DNA of 64,000 nt from Isurus oxyrinchus (lineage: Eukaryota): NCBI GenBank assembly GCA_026770705.1, contig JANJGN010000026.1, positions 5,828,001 to 5,892,000 on the forward strand, read 5' to 3'. How positions within the stretch are numbered: position 1 is the stretch's first letter; each line of letters starts with the position of its first letter. The notes beneath the pieces are model-generated. The model had not been told where the DNA came from. It saw only the letters and a list, made by a program, of their open reading frames with translations, and ran no database searches. Positions 51,830 through 64,000 of the stretch are shown here, in pieces. Position numbers and translations under genes: made by a program.

Positions 51830-52955
51830 CATAATGGTCAGGAAAGTGAGAACTCATGGGATACGGAGGAAGGTAACAGTTTGAATCCAAATTTGTCTCA
51901 GTAACAGGAAACAAACGGTAATCGTCAATGCATGCTTTTACGAAAGGTAAACGGTTCCCAGTGGTGTACCACAGGGCTCAGTGCTGGGCCCCTTGCTGTT
52001 CGTTGTATATATTAATAACTTAGAGTTAAATGTGGGAGACATGATTGGGAAATTTGCAGATGATGCAAACATGGCTGTGTAGTTCATAGTGAAGAGGATA
52101 GCTGGCGACTCCAGAATGATATCACTGCTTTGTTGATTGGGCGTCGAAATGGCAAATGGAAGTGAATCCAGACAGTTGTGAGGGCAAACAAAGCAACGGA
52201 ATACTCAATTAATTGGAAGTTATTGGGAGAGGTTGATAGGCGATACCTTGGGTTGCATGTCCACCTGTCCTTTAAGGTGGAAGAACAGGTAGACAAGGTC
52301 GTCAAGAAAGCAAAGGGACGGTTGTCCTTTATTAGGCGAGGTATTGAATACAAAAGCAGCGATTTAAAGATGGAATTGTGGTTCAGGTACAGCTGGAATT
52401 TTGTGTACAGCTCTGGTGATCACCTTACATGAAGGACATAATTGCTCTGCAGGCAGTGCAGAGGAGATTGACAAGAATGTTGTCAGGGCTTGGAAATTGC
52501 ACTGATGAGGAGAGATTGGACAGAGTAGGGTGGTTATCTAAAGAACAGGGGAGGCTAAGGGGTGAATAATTCAGGTTTTCAAAATAAGAGGGGTCTAGAT
52601 AGGGTCGACGGTAAAGACCTGTTTCTTGTAACTGAACGGTCACTTACCAGGACGGCATAGATTTAAGGTGATTGGTTGTGGTATTAGAGGGGACATGATC
52701 AAAAATTGTTCACCCAGGGGGTGGTGGATATCTGGAGGTCACTGCCTAAATTGGTGGGTGAGGCTGCAACACTCAACCCATCTAAAAGATACCTGGAACC
52801 GCAAACGAAATGCTGTAACTTGCAAGGCTACGGGCTAGGTGCTGGATATCGCGATTCAAATCAGCTGCAATCTCTCTTCATTTATCTTTTTAACCGGCGC
52901 ACGCACGACAGGCTGAATGGCCTCTTTCTGCACCATAACTTTTCTATGCCTCTAT
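51830..52955 (+). mobile_element. 5'-truncated CR1 LINE (RT domain to 3' UTR)
   Basis: SGVPQGSVLGPLLFVVYINNLELNVGDMIGKFADD at ~51960-52065; YLGLHVH...VDKVVKKA; 3' end GGCTGAATGGCCTCTTTCTGCACC...CTATG. Confidence 0.9.
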
Positions 52956-54309
52956 AATTATATTATCCAGCCGATTTTAAGCACGAAAGTATTTATCCCC
53001 TTTCCAAAGTTGAATTTTCTCCTTCCTCCATTTCGCACTGTGCATTGCAGCTCATGATAACTCAGTGTTAAAAAAAAAAACAGTTTTCCTCATCTCACCA
53101 TCCAGTTCAATTAATCTGAATCTAACCCCTCTGATCACTGATTGTTGCGCCAGTTGAAATCAGCTCTCTTTTTTTTAACTGCATTAAACTCTTAATGTTT
53201 TTGAGAATGTGTACTAAACAGGTAGAAGCAGAGAGAGAGAGAGAGAGATCCTGGAACTGAGAGACAGAGCATAAAACTGAGCGAGGGGAAAGGGAAAAAG
53301 GAAGAGGCGGTGAGAGAGAAAAGTTCAGCAATAAACCAAACAAGTAACACAATGAAAATGGCCAAAATACAAGGGAGCAAACGGTCACTTCCCGGCTTTA
53401 GAGAACAGGGAAAAATCAGTGACCAAAGACACATCCAGCTATGTCCTGGAATGGTAGCTCGAAACAGATCACAGCGGTTTTATTTGTAAATCTCACCAGA
53501 CTGTGATATGTGAGACTCTGCACTGACTCTGTGGCCAGACAAAGGCCGCCTTGACAGATGTTTCCAACAGATTATGGCCCCTGGATTTACTTCTCTGCTC
53601 AGAAGTTAGATGTGCGTAAGGAACCGGCAGCAGAGAAACAGGAAGTTGTGTTACCTGAGAATGGAACAGCAAGCGTCAGTTTCATGTTATCACCATGAAC
53701 AGTCTTCCTGCCTCTGAGGGTGAGCTCACTCTGACTGCATCAAGAAGCACGTCATAGATTGTTCCTACTTTTAACATTGCATTCAACTCCTTTCTCATGT
53801 CAAAGAAAGAAACGTATGGGCTTCTTTTTGTTTTAACCTATTGATTGAACGTCGAGGTGGAGTGAGGGTTACCAACTGGAGAAATGAGAGAAAATAAAAA
53901 TAAAAAATCCCTCCCGGATGAGTATTTGGATAAAGAATGTTTTAACTGAATCATATGTTGTCTGAGAGCGGGAGTAGAGAGTTTAAGAGATTAAATGGCC
54001 TCTGTGTGAGAGCGGGGTTAAATAATTAATGTTTTGCGGGACAAATTTTAGGTGAGTCAGTTGCTGTCTTGGAAAGAAAAAGAGGAACATTAGGGAAGCT
54101 GGTGTCTCAGAGAAAGGAGGGGGATGGGGGGAGAGATATAGATGGAGAGTGAGAGAGAGAGAGAGATAGGGAGAGAGGTTAAGTGAGTTCTGTGAAGCTT
54201 CAAGGAAGGGGGTAACTTTGCACAGTACAAGACAAGTGCGAATATGTCAACTTTAATACAACACGGGTTTTCACTGAGAAGAGTGAATAATTGTTCGCCT
54301 TTTGCCCTC

Positions 54310-54442
54310 NNNNNNNNNNNNNNNNNNNNNNNNNNNNNNNNNNNNNNNNNNNNNNNNNNNNNNNNNNNNNNNNNNNNNNNNNNNNNNNNNNNNNNNNNNN
54401 NNNNNNNNNNNNNNNNNNNNNNNNNNNNNNNNNNNNNNNNNN
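54310..54442. other. Assembly gap (133 N)
   Basis: Run of N. Confidence 1.
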
Positions 54443-55325
54443 GGTGGTGTTTAATGTAGTCTTAAATGAGCTGAGGCCTAGCGTGATGTAACAAAGCCAG
54501 CATTTTTGATTAGTCTAACCAAGGGAGAGCCTAGTGTAGTTTTAATAGACTTGGGCTCTAAGGTGATAAATGAGACAGGGGCTAATTTAATAGCAATAGA
54601 GATATAGACTTTTGCAATAGTAGGTGAGGCAGCTTCAGCTCTAATAATAACAGTAACAATATCTAATGCAGTGATAATTAAGACAGAATCTAGTGCAGCG
54701 ATTACGTATAAAATATCTGGAGTATAATATCTTGATACAGGGTTTGCTCAATATAAATTGAGACAGTGTCAAGTGCAGTCGCTGATGATACAGGGTTTGA
54801 TTAATATCAACTGCGACAGGGCCAAGAAAAGTGATTGACGATGTAAAGCTCTATTGGTATAAGTTATGACAGGGCCCAGTGAAGGGATTACTGATTAAGA
54901 GTCTTGGTGAATATTAACTGAGGCAGTGATTTGTGTTACAGGATATACATTTAAATTCATTGAGGCATTGTCAAGTGCAGTGATTACTGATGCAGGATGT
55001 CGATTGATATAAATTGGGACAGTGCCTGGTTCAGTGACGACTCATACTGTGCCTAGATAAATCTAAATTGAGAGAGTGCGGAGGGAAGGAATTAATGATT
55101 AAGAGTCTTGGTTAATATAAACTGGGACCGGGGCAAGTGCAGTCATTACTGATATAGGGTCTAACGTGATATAAAGTCGGACAGGGCCAAGTGCAGTTGC
55201 TGTTTTGAGATTAACGTAAACTGAGATGGTACCTAGAGAAGAAATTACTGACTAAGAGCCTTCGTGAATATAACGTGGGATGGGGGAAAATGCAGTTATT
55301 ACTGATATTGGGCCGGGTGAAATGG
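54443..55325. repeat. Diverged 54-bp (27+27) tandem array, left block
   Basis: Recurrent AACTGAGACAGGGCCAAGTGCAGTGATTACTGATA...TAATATA motif, related to 57130-60400. Confidence 0.75.
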
Positions 55326-55329
55326 ACCT

Positions 55330-56670
55330 CGGGGTGCTCTGATCATGAATCGATTCAAGACAAGCCTGATTGCAGTGACCAAAAGGGAGCCACTTTGCTG
55401 CCTGCCAAAGGGGAGATCATTGCAAGTATCCTCCTGAATCACACTCTAACCGTGACCGCAGAGCTCTTGACAGAGACGGAGTGTGATATTCGCCCATCGA
55501 GAGGCACCATGATGTTAACTGTGTGGCAAATCCACGGGAAGTACAAGGAGCAGCAACAACCGCTGCACACAGACATTCTCCGCATCGCAAAATCCTGTTC
55601 CTCTGCCAGTGCTGACGCCTTATGGAGCATCCTTGTCAAATTCGGCTGCCACCAGAAATTTCTCACCATTCTCCATTTATTCCTCGAAGGATTGCAATCC
55701 GTGAATCTTACAAATGGAACCAGTACAGACGGTATGTTAGTGATAAATGGTAACAGACAGGCTTCTGTCATCGCAACAAACCTCTCCTCATTGTTTCCTC
55801 AATGTAATAGTTCACCTTACCTCCAGCAGGTTACCCAGAGGCGTGGGGAAAATCTACAGTCAGAGGGGAAACCGAGACCACTTTCAATCCAAAACCAAAG
55901 CCTCCCAAACTCATTCATTAAGCTTCAGTAAGCAGGTGGCTCTTGCGTACATGCTGACTGAAATCTAAGCTCCAGGTCATTTCTGACACCTTCTTCGAAG
56001 GATATGAAAAAAATTGGCTTTTCAGTAAACACCCAGCAAACTGAGACCCACTTCTAACTAACTCCCAGGCCACAAAACCTCCCCCGTTGGCAAGACCCTG
56101 AAAACGTGGATCATCTTCCATATCTCCTGAGACTCTTCTCGGCGAAGACAGGATTGAACAACAAAATTCGTCGGTGAGTTCAACGCAACAGCTTAACCTT
56201 CCGCCGACAGACGATCAGAGTATTTGAGGACTAGAATTCCAAACACAAATCTCAGGCCATGGTTTACTGGCCAGCAGTGATCTCCGTGCACCTAAATGTT
56301 CCAGAGACCTGGACAATGAAGAGCAGGCACATCAAAGCTCTAGAGAATTAACAGCAGCGGTACTGTCAGAATGTTCTACAAATCCAATGTGAGGAAAGGC
56401 AGTCAAACAGCAGCATCCTCTCTCAAACCAACATGCCCAACAGAGAGTCCCTCATCGCTCAATACCGGCACTGCTGGGTGGAACATATCGTTCGTGTGTC
56501 TAATACAATTCCCTGAAATTAATTATTCCACGAGAAACTCTGTTGCAGCAGGAGGCAACAAAAGTGCTCGAGGTATGAGCTCAAAGCATCCCTGAACAGT
56601 TCGAACATATCCGCCAAATCATGGGGGTCCCTAATTTGTGGCCGAGCAAACTAAAAGAAGATTATTCAGG
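55330..56670 (+). mobile_element. RTE-clade LINE fragment (reverse transcriptase and C-terminus), decayed
   Basis: KGATLLPAKGEIIASILLNH...ELLTETECDIRPSRGT...EQQQPLH...ALWSILVKFGCHQKFLTILHL...GNRQASVIATNLSSLF follows RTE RT motifs (GISLL..GKI, ESQCGFRP, ALW.IL.KFGCP, GVKQGCVIAP). Confidence 0.85.
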
Positions 56671-56679
56671 AATGCTGAA

Positions 56680-57012
56680 GTCGACTAATGCCCTTCAGGT
56701 AAGTTCCTCCACGACCACTCAGCTCCTGATCTCATTACAGCCTTGGTCCAAATATGGACAAATGAGCTAAACTCTAGAGGTGAGTTGGGAGCAACTGCCT
56801 TTGAGATCACGGCAGCATCTTATGGTGTGTGGCATCAAGGAGTCTTGGCAAAACTGAAGCCAATGGGCAGCACAAAGAAAACTCTCTATTGGTTGGTGTC
56901 ATATGTAGCACGGAGGAAGATGGTTGTCGTTGTTGGAGATCAATGATCTCAGTTCCAGAACAACACTGTAGGAGTTCATTAAAGTAATGTTCTCGGTCCA
57001 ACCATCTTCAGC
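56680..57012 (+). mobile_element. LINE reverse transcriptase fragment (second, non-RTE family)
   Basis: HSAPDLITALVQIWTNELNSRGE..TAFEITAASYGVWHQGVLAKLKPMG...KMVVVVGDQ...VLGPTIFS. Confidence 0.8.
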
Positions 57013-57129
57013 ATTGTCTGCAGACCGTGCATTGGGCTTAACAGCCAGATCAGAACCTACAGAGGTTTCATGGCAGCATGTCATCCTCGATCATGAGGGA
57101 ATGCCTAAGAAAAAGGAGACAGTCTCTAC

Positions 57130-60100
57130 ATTAAGTTAGAATGAGATTAAGTTAGAATTCTGATTCAGCGTCTATATTAATATGAACGAAGGCAGTGTCT
57201 CGTGGAATGATTACAGAACCAGGAACGAGATCAGTATTAACTAAAATAAAGTCGAATGCAATAATAGCTTACCATACCCTAAGCATTATAAGCTGAGTCA
57301 GGGCCTAATGTAGTAATTATAGATACAGTGCTTCAGTTACTACAAACTGGGACAACGTCTATTACAGTAAATGCTGATACAGGGCCTAGAAAAGAATAAT
57401 CTGAGACAGGATCTATTTCACTGATCACTGATGTAGCGTCCAGATTAACATAAATGGAGACAGGGTCTATCAAAATGATTATTGACACATGATCTAAGTT
57501 AAAAAAGGGCGTATTACAGTAATTACCAATACAATGTCTGTATTAACATAAACTGAGACATGGTCCATTACAGTGATTACTGAAACAAGGTCTGTATTAC
57601 TGTAAACTGAGACAGTGTTCATTACAGTGCATACCGATACAAGTATTTGATTAACATAAACTGAGACAGGGCAAATTACAGTAATTAACAACACCACATC
57701 TGGATTAATATAAACTGAGACAGAGTCTATTACAATGATTTCTAATACAAGGGATGGATTCATATCAACTGATGCAGGGTCTGTTACAGTGATTACTGAT
57801 ACAGGGTCTGTATTAACAGAAGACAGGACAGAGACTATTACAGAGATTACTGATACAAGGTCTGGATTCATATCAACTGAGACAGTGCCTATAGTTTTTA
57901 CTGATACAGAGTACGGTTTAAACTAAACTGAGAGGGTCTGTTACAGTTATTACTGATACATGGTCTAGACTTTCATGAGCAGAGAGAGGGTCTATTACAG
58001 TGATTATCAATGCAAGGCCTCGATTGATATAAACTTCAGTGATTACTGGTACAATATATTGATTAATATCAACAGAAACAGGGTCTGATACCTTGATTAC
58101 TGCTACCATGTATGTTTCAATTTAAAGAGAGACACAGTATTTTACATTGATTAATGATACAAGATCTGTATTAATATATTTGGAAACATGTTCTATTTCA
58201 GTGGTTATGGATACAATGTCTGCATTAATATAAAGGGAGAAAGGGTCTATTGCAGTGATTACTGATAAATGGTATGGATTCAAATAAACAGAGGCAGGGC
58301 CTGTTATAGTGATCACTGAAACAAGATCTGTATTAATATAAACTGAGTCTGGGACTACTACAACGATTGATGATATAATGTATTGACTAATATCAACTGA
58401 GACAGAGTTGATTACAGTTACTATGTATGGATTGATATAAACTGAGTCAAGGTCTACTTCAGTGGTTACTGATACAACATATGGATTAATATCAACTGAG
58501 GCAGCGTCCATTGCATTGGTTACTGATGTAAGGCATGGAATAGTACAAACTGAGACAGAGTCTATAGCAGAGTTTGCTGATACAAGCACTAAACTGGTGT
58601 AAACTGACACAGGGCTTATTACAGTGACTCCTGCTATAGGCTCTGGATTGATAAAATCTGAAACTGGGTCCAGTACCATCATTACTGATATAGTTCCTGG
58701 ATTAATATAATCTGAGATTGGGCCTTGTACAATGATTACTGATACAGGGCCAAGATTAATATAAACTGTGACAGGGTCCATTACAGTTTTTACTCATACA
58801 AGGACTGCATTAATGTAAGCTGAGGCAGATTCTCTTTCAATGATTACTGATACAAGGTGTGTATTAATATCAACTGAGGCAGGGTCCATTACAGTGATTG
58901 CTGGTGCATGGTCTAGACTGGTGTAAACTGAGACAGGGTGTATTACAGCCACTAATGATACACAGTCTGAATTGATATAATGATTACTGATGCAGGGCCT
59001 AGTTTAATATAAACTGAGACTGGGCCTCCTGCAGTGATTCCTGATACATGGCATAGATTAATATAAACTGAGACATGGTGAGTTACAGTGATTTCTGATA
59101 CAAGGTATGGATTGGTATTAAAGGGGAAAGCATCGATCATTGCGTTTAGTCATAAAAGGTTTGGATTGGTGTAAACTGAGACAGCATGTATTAAAGTGAT
59201 TACTGATACAGGGTCTGGATTGATATAATTTGAAGCAGCTTCTATTACAATGATTACAGATACAGGGCCTAGACTATTGTAGACTGAGACTGGGCCTCAT
59301 ACAGTGATTACTGATAGTGATTATTATAAATGGAGACACAATCAATTTCAATAATTACTGATATGGAATCTGGATTAATAAAAATGGAGAGAGGGTCTAT
59401 TACAGTGCTTACTGCTCCATGGTATGGATTATGATAAACTGGAAAGGGTCAATTAAAGTGATTACTGATACAAGATCGGTTTTAATACAAACTGAGAAAG
59501 GGCCAATTGCAGTACTTACAGATACAAGGCATAGATTAATATCAAGTGAGATAGGCTCTATTACAGTGCTTATTGATACAGAGTCTAGATTAACATAAAC
59601 TGAGACAGGCTCCAGTACTGATGTAGCGACCAGATTACTAGAAAATGAAACAGTGTCTATTACAGTGATTACCAATACAATTTCTGTATTAATATAAACT
59701 GAGAAAGGATCTATTATGGTTATTACAGATGCATGGTATTGATGAAAATAAACTGAGACAGGGTCTTTTACAGTTATAAGTGATACATAGTGTAGATTAA
59801 CATAAACTGAGACAGGGTCTACTCCTTTGATTACTGATACAAGATATTGATTAATATCAACTGAGGCAGGTTTTATTATAGTGATAATTGTTACAATGTA
59901 TGTATTGATATAATCTGAAATAAGGTATATTACAGTGATTACTAATGCAAGGTCTATATTAATATGGACTGATAGAGGGTCTCTTTCAGTGGTTACTGAT
60001 ACAAGGTATGGATTAAAATCTACTGAGACATGGCCTATTACAGTGATTACATATACAATGTCTGTATTCATATAAACAGACACAGGGTCTAGTGCAGTGA

Positions 60101-60400
60101 TTATTGGTAGATGGCCTAGAGTAATATCAACTGCGACAGGACAGGAATTATTGATACTGGGCCCAGTTTAATAAAACTGAGGGAGGGACTAAAGTGATAA
60201 CCACTGACATAGCATCAAGTGTAAATCAAACAGGGATAAATCTAATGTGGAAACAATTGATGCAGGGCTTTGCTACATTTGGAAAGGGGCAGAGTGTAAC
60301 GAAGTTACAATTCATAGGTAACCTAGTGCAATATAAAGAGAGACAGGGTTTAGTATTACATCATTAGAAACATCATAATGTGCAATATAATCAGTGCATT
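57130..60400. repeat. Diverged 54-bp tandem array, main block
   Basis: Consensus CAGTGATTACTGATACAAGGTCTGGATTAATATAAACTGAGACAGGGTCTATTA. The minus strand reads (DPVSVYINPDLVSVITVI)n in ORFs 57494, 57918, 58122, 58952 and 59409. Confidence 0.92.
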
Positions 60401-61069
60401 AATATCAAACTACTGTACACACCTGCATCATTGATCCACCTGCCAGTGGAACAGTTTCTCCTTAATTATACAAAAAGTCCCTCACACATTGGACCATTAC
60501 TGATAGATCTGTCCTAAAATTCTCGATGATGAGGAGAGCAATCCTAGTTTCCCGTTGTGCAAATAGTTAGGTGCCGTGCAAACTTAAGTTCCAGGAAACC
60601 TTCTGTATTGTTTCTTCGAAATGATCATTTAGCAATCGCTGACACTGTTATGTTGGCCCAGTGGAAATACAATGCACTGTTACAAAAGGGTCAGGCTAAA
60701 ACATCGGGCTAGAGGTCAACTGATCCCTTACAACGTAATTGATGTGTGTAAGATTAGAGTCTGCTCCTGAAGATTAGATACAGAGAACCAAATGCTATAA
60801 TTTCAAAATCGCAACTGCAATATGTCCAATCCCGTGCATTAGTGGCTCTCATACTTGGCCAGTAACCCACTACTGAACAAAAAACAGAAAATGCTGTAAA
60901 GACTCAGCAGGCCTGGCAGGGTCTGAGGAGAGAGAAACAGAGTTAACGTTTCGATTCAGTATGACTCTTCCTCAGAGCCTCAACTGCAGATTGGAGGCAT
61001 GGCCAGTAGGGTGATCCTTCAGATGTGGCTTTGGTAATGTCACTTCAGTCTTCAGGAACAGCAGCAAAG

Positions 61070-61530
61070 AGGTACATTAACTGGGCTAGTAATACAGAGA
61101 ACATCACAAATGCTCCGGAGACGTGATTTATAATCCCACGACAGCTGCTGGCGTGATTTACGTTCAATTAATTCATTAAAACCGAAACTGGAATAAAATT
61201 ACTCATTGCATTAATAATCGAACAACCAAATTGCTGTACAGTTCCAACTGGCTCACTAATATCATTCAGGGAGGAAGTCTTACCCTTACCAGCCTGGCCT
61301 ACGTAAGACTCCAGCCCCACAACAACATGGTAGACTCTTAACGGCCTCTGGAATGGCCCAGAGGGCAATTTGTTTGGGTCAAAGCACATCTTGGAAAGTC
61401 AAATAAGAGGCGCAAGGCACAAACTGCAACTCTTCAAGATGTCGGCTCCACACCACTTTCTCAGGGGTACTTGTGGTTGGACAGTTAAGGTTGGCCTTGC
61501 TTTCGACGTTCACATCAAAAGAACAAATAA
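61070..61530 (+). mobile_element. tRNA-derived SINE followed by LINE-type tail
   Basis: CTGGGCTAGTAATACAGAG...AATCCCAC...CTGGCTCACTAAT...GGCCTACGTAAGACTCCAGCCCCACA...; tail CACCACTTTCTCAGGG...CACATCAAAAGAACAAATAAG. Confidence 0.65.
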
Positions 61531-61689
61531 GAACATCGTTCAAAGCTTTGCAAAATATTACGGATTCTCTCTATCTAAGATAAGGCCAGAAAATTTGGAA
61601 ATACACAGCATCAATCTCCGCTGACCCTATTTAACAGTGCAGGACAGTTTACCCCTTCATTTTTTGCCAAAATTTAAAGCGCAACTAAC

Positions 61690-61880
61690 ATCATTAATAA
61701 GCAAGTGATCTGGGCTGTTATCATATCTCTGTTAGTGGGAGCTTCCTGTGCACAAATTGCCTCCTGTGTTTCATACATGACACAAGTGATTATAATTCGA
61801 AAAAAGGTACATCAGTGAAGTCAAAATGATTTGGGACATTCTGACATGGTGGAATGTGCTATATAAACCCAAAGTTTTTA
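61690..61880 (+). mobile_element. Deu-domain SINE (SacSINE1/AmnSINE1-like) 3' part
   Basis: TTATCATATCTCTGTTAGTGGGAGCTTCCTGTGCACAAATTGCCT...TTTGGGACATTCTGA...GCTATATAAA resembles the DeuSINE tail. A smaller piece lies at 25430-25515. Confidence 0.6.
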
Positions 61881-62679
61881 CTAAACGTGAACATTTCAAA
61901 ACACACATGGTGATGTATTTGAAAGTCTGAGATTAATGTGATTATACGTCATTTCTCTGTTCATTATTTAAACATGTTTATGTTAAAGGTGTTAACTTTT
62001 TTCAGCGGAATATCAGGTTGTTCAAAATGCTTAAATGATTTAAGCAGCAGAACTTTCAGAAACATTTTTTTTATTTAATTACTTCTTTTGTATATAATAA
62101 ATAACATTTTTACCAATTGGTTTTCGGATAATTACGCTTCTGTCTTATATCATTCGTGAATATTTTTAAAATAAACTTGTTTTGAGCTGAAGATAATCAA
62201 CAATTGACAGTTGATCTGATTTTGCTGCCATGAACACCACTTTGAAACTAGTGAGGCGTTTATGTAAATAAACACAGAAATAGAAGCCTCAGAATAGAAT
62301 ATTGAGCGACAGAAATACTATAGATGTTTCCCCACCAACAGAAGATAGAAATGTCAACAGAGAGAAATGCAAATCACACAAAGGATTTCAGTAATGATTG
62401 ATATTTGGAATAACAATATAAAGATGATATCTGTATTCAAAACTGGCGAAGACTCCTTTGATCCCTGTATATAGCAGCATTGAAAATGTGTTTGCGGAGT
62501 TTCCTGCATTCTATCCCGCTCTGCCTCCCTTCCACTCCTATCCCAGTCGTGCCTTGGCTCTCTTTAATGTGTCATGGTATTTAACTCATGACATGAAGTT
62601 AGTATCTTACCAAAGTATATTCCCAGCCCTATTCATTGACTGTTAACCAAATAGATGGCTGTTCACAGAAGGAGCTTAA

Positions 62680-63015
62680 ATCTAAAATGTGCCTGTTGCA
62701 CTCAACAACGTGGGAGTATTTAATGAGACAGTCTAGAGAGACCACGACTCTGCATATTAACATTCCTTTACCTTCCTGTGAGTGATATATGGGACACTGT
62801 AGAGGGATCTTTATTCTGAATCTCATGGTGTTGTATCATCCGTGGGAGCCTTCGACTGAATCATATGTCTATGCAGTGCCATACATGTCCTGCAAGTGTT
62901 TGTCTGGATAGTTTACAGAGAGCTTTACTCTGTCCCTCACCCCGGAATTTGGCAATGAAGAGGCAGCTTTACTCTGTGCCTGAACTGCCCTGTATTTGTC
63001 CTTAGGAGTGTTTCG
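62680..63015. repeat. Decayed minisatellite (core AGAGGGAGCTTTACTCTG); inverted copy at 48850-49000
   Basis: Several imperfect copies of TGTAGAGGGA(G/T)CTTTA(C/T)TCTG...GGGAGTGTTT. Confidence 0.55.
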
Positions 63016-64000
63016 TTTTATTTCGGATTCACTGCATGAAATGGTGATCCAGACCGAATCCCTCATCACAGATGAAAAATATTTGGATGTTCACTTGAAG
63101 CAATGTTGCCTCAAGGGCTCTGGAGAAAAAGCTGGGAAATGGCAATAGACGCGATAGAACATTTCCAGCCATTATGGACAGGTTGTGAGGAATGCTCTCT
63201 TTCGGTGTGGCACATGTCTACCATTTTCAGATCCTATGAAGTGTGCTAAGGTCTCAGAACGTGTACAGTGGAGAGTAATCAGTTTGTTAACAGAGATCAG
63301 CACCTTTTGTAAAAACGATAAATTGGACAAATTATGAGCATTCTGTTTGTGATAAAGAAGATTAAGCAATAACCTCATCGCTGTTTCTGAGATGATGAGA
63401 GGTTTTGAGAGAATTAGCAGAGATAACCAATTCCTTCTGTTAATTGCGTCAATACCCAGTGAACATAGATTTAAATATATATATATGTATAATTTATTAG
63501 CAGAATTGTAAACGGGCGATGAAGAGAAATGTTTCGCTAGCAACTGGTTCCCTTTACATTACACCAGATCCTGCCTCAATTGTGACTCTATGAGTTCAAG
63601 TCGCAGTTTTAGTTTGGCTCAAACCTGTGAAATTTTTGGATACTTAAAATGGTATTTGCATTTGTATTACACTAGGCTCCACCACAGTTATGACTGTGCT
63701 AAACAAATCTTTGTTTCAGATCGGCCCCCGCATCAGTTATTACTACATCAGAGCATTTCTCTATTTATATTATAAAACTCTCTGTTTCAGTTATTAGTGA
63801 ACCATACCCCGTGTCTGCTTATTTCGCTCTGGAACATTTCTCAGTTAGTACTATACCAGGGTATGTGTGTGTTAGTATTACACTAGATCCTGTCTCTGTT
63901 GTTACTGCACTGGAGACTGTCTCTATTTATAATCTTTTACACTATGATTCTATTAAAATTACACTAGAGAATATATCTGTTCATATTTTACAATGGGCCG

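Noticed and set aside
46240-54309. IgM transmembrane exons
   Set aside because: No STFIILFxLSxFY-like exon recognised by eye; a decayed copy cannot be excluded.

Overview
Vertebrate genomic DNA from a cartilaginous fish (shark-type IgM constant exons and typical elasmobranch retroelements). Almost none of the supplied ORFs are real genes. Layout: (1) 1-18.9 kb, a pyrimidine-rich satellite with a ~50-54 bp monomer, organised into about four ~3.1-3.3 kb higher-order repeats and ending abruptly at a small CpG-rich island. (2) 19-42 kb, two tandem minus-strand two-exon GPR139/GPR142-like class A GPCR genes (one pseudogene, one intact 326-aa gene), a possible decayed NLR-type LRR relic, and many CR1/L2 LINE and SINE remnants. 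(3) 45.0-46.2 kb, an orphan IgM heavy-chain pseudogene with only CH3, CH4 and an internally deleted secretory tailpiece. (4) 54.4-60.4 kb, a diverged 54-bp tandem array whose minus strand reads as an 18-aa repeat, split by nested RTE and other LINE fragments. There is a 133-N assembly gap at 54310-54442. Repeat boundaries are approximate, and family assignments come from recalled consensus motifs, not database searches.
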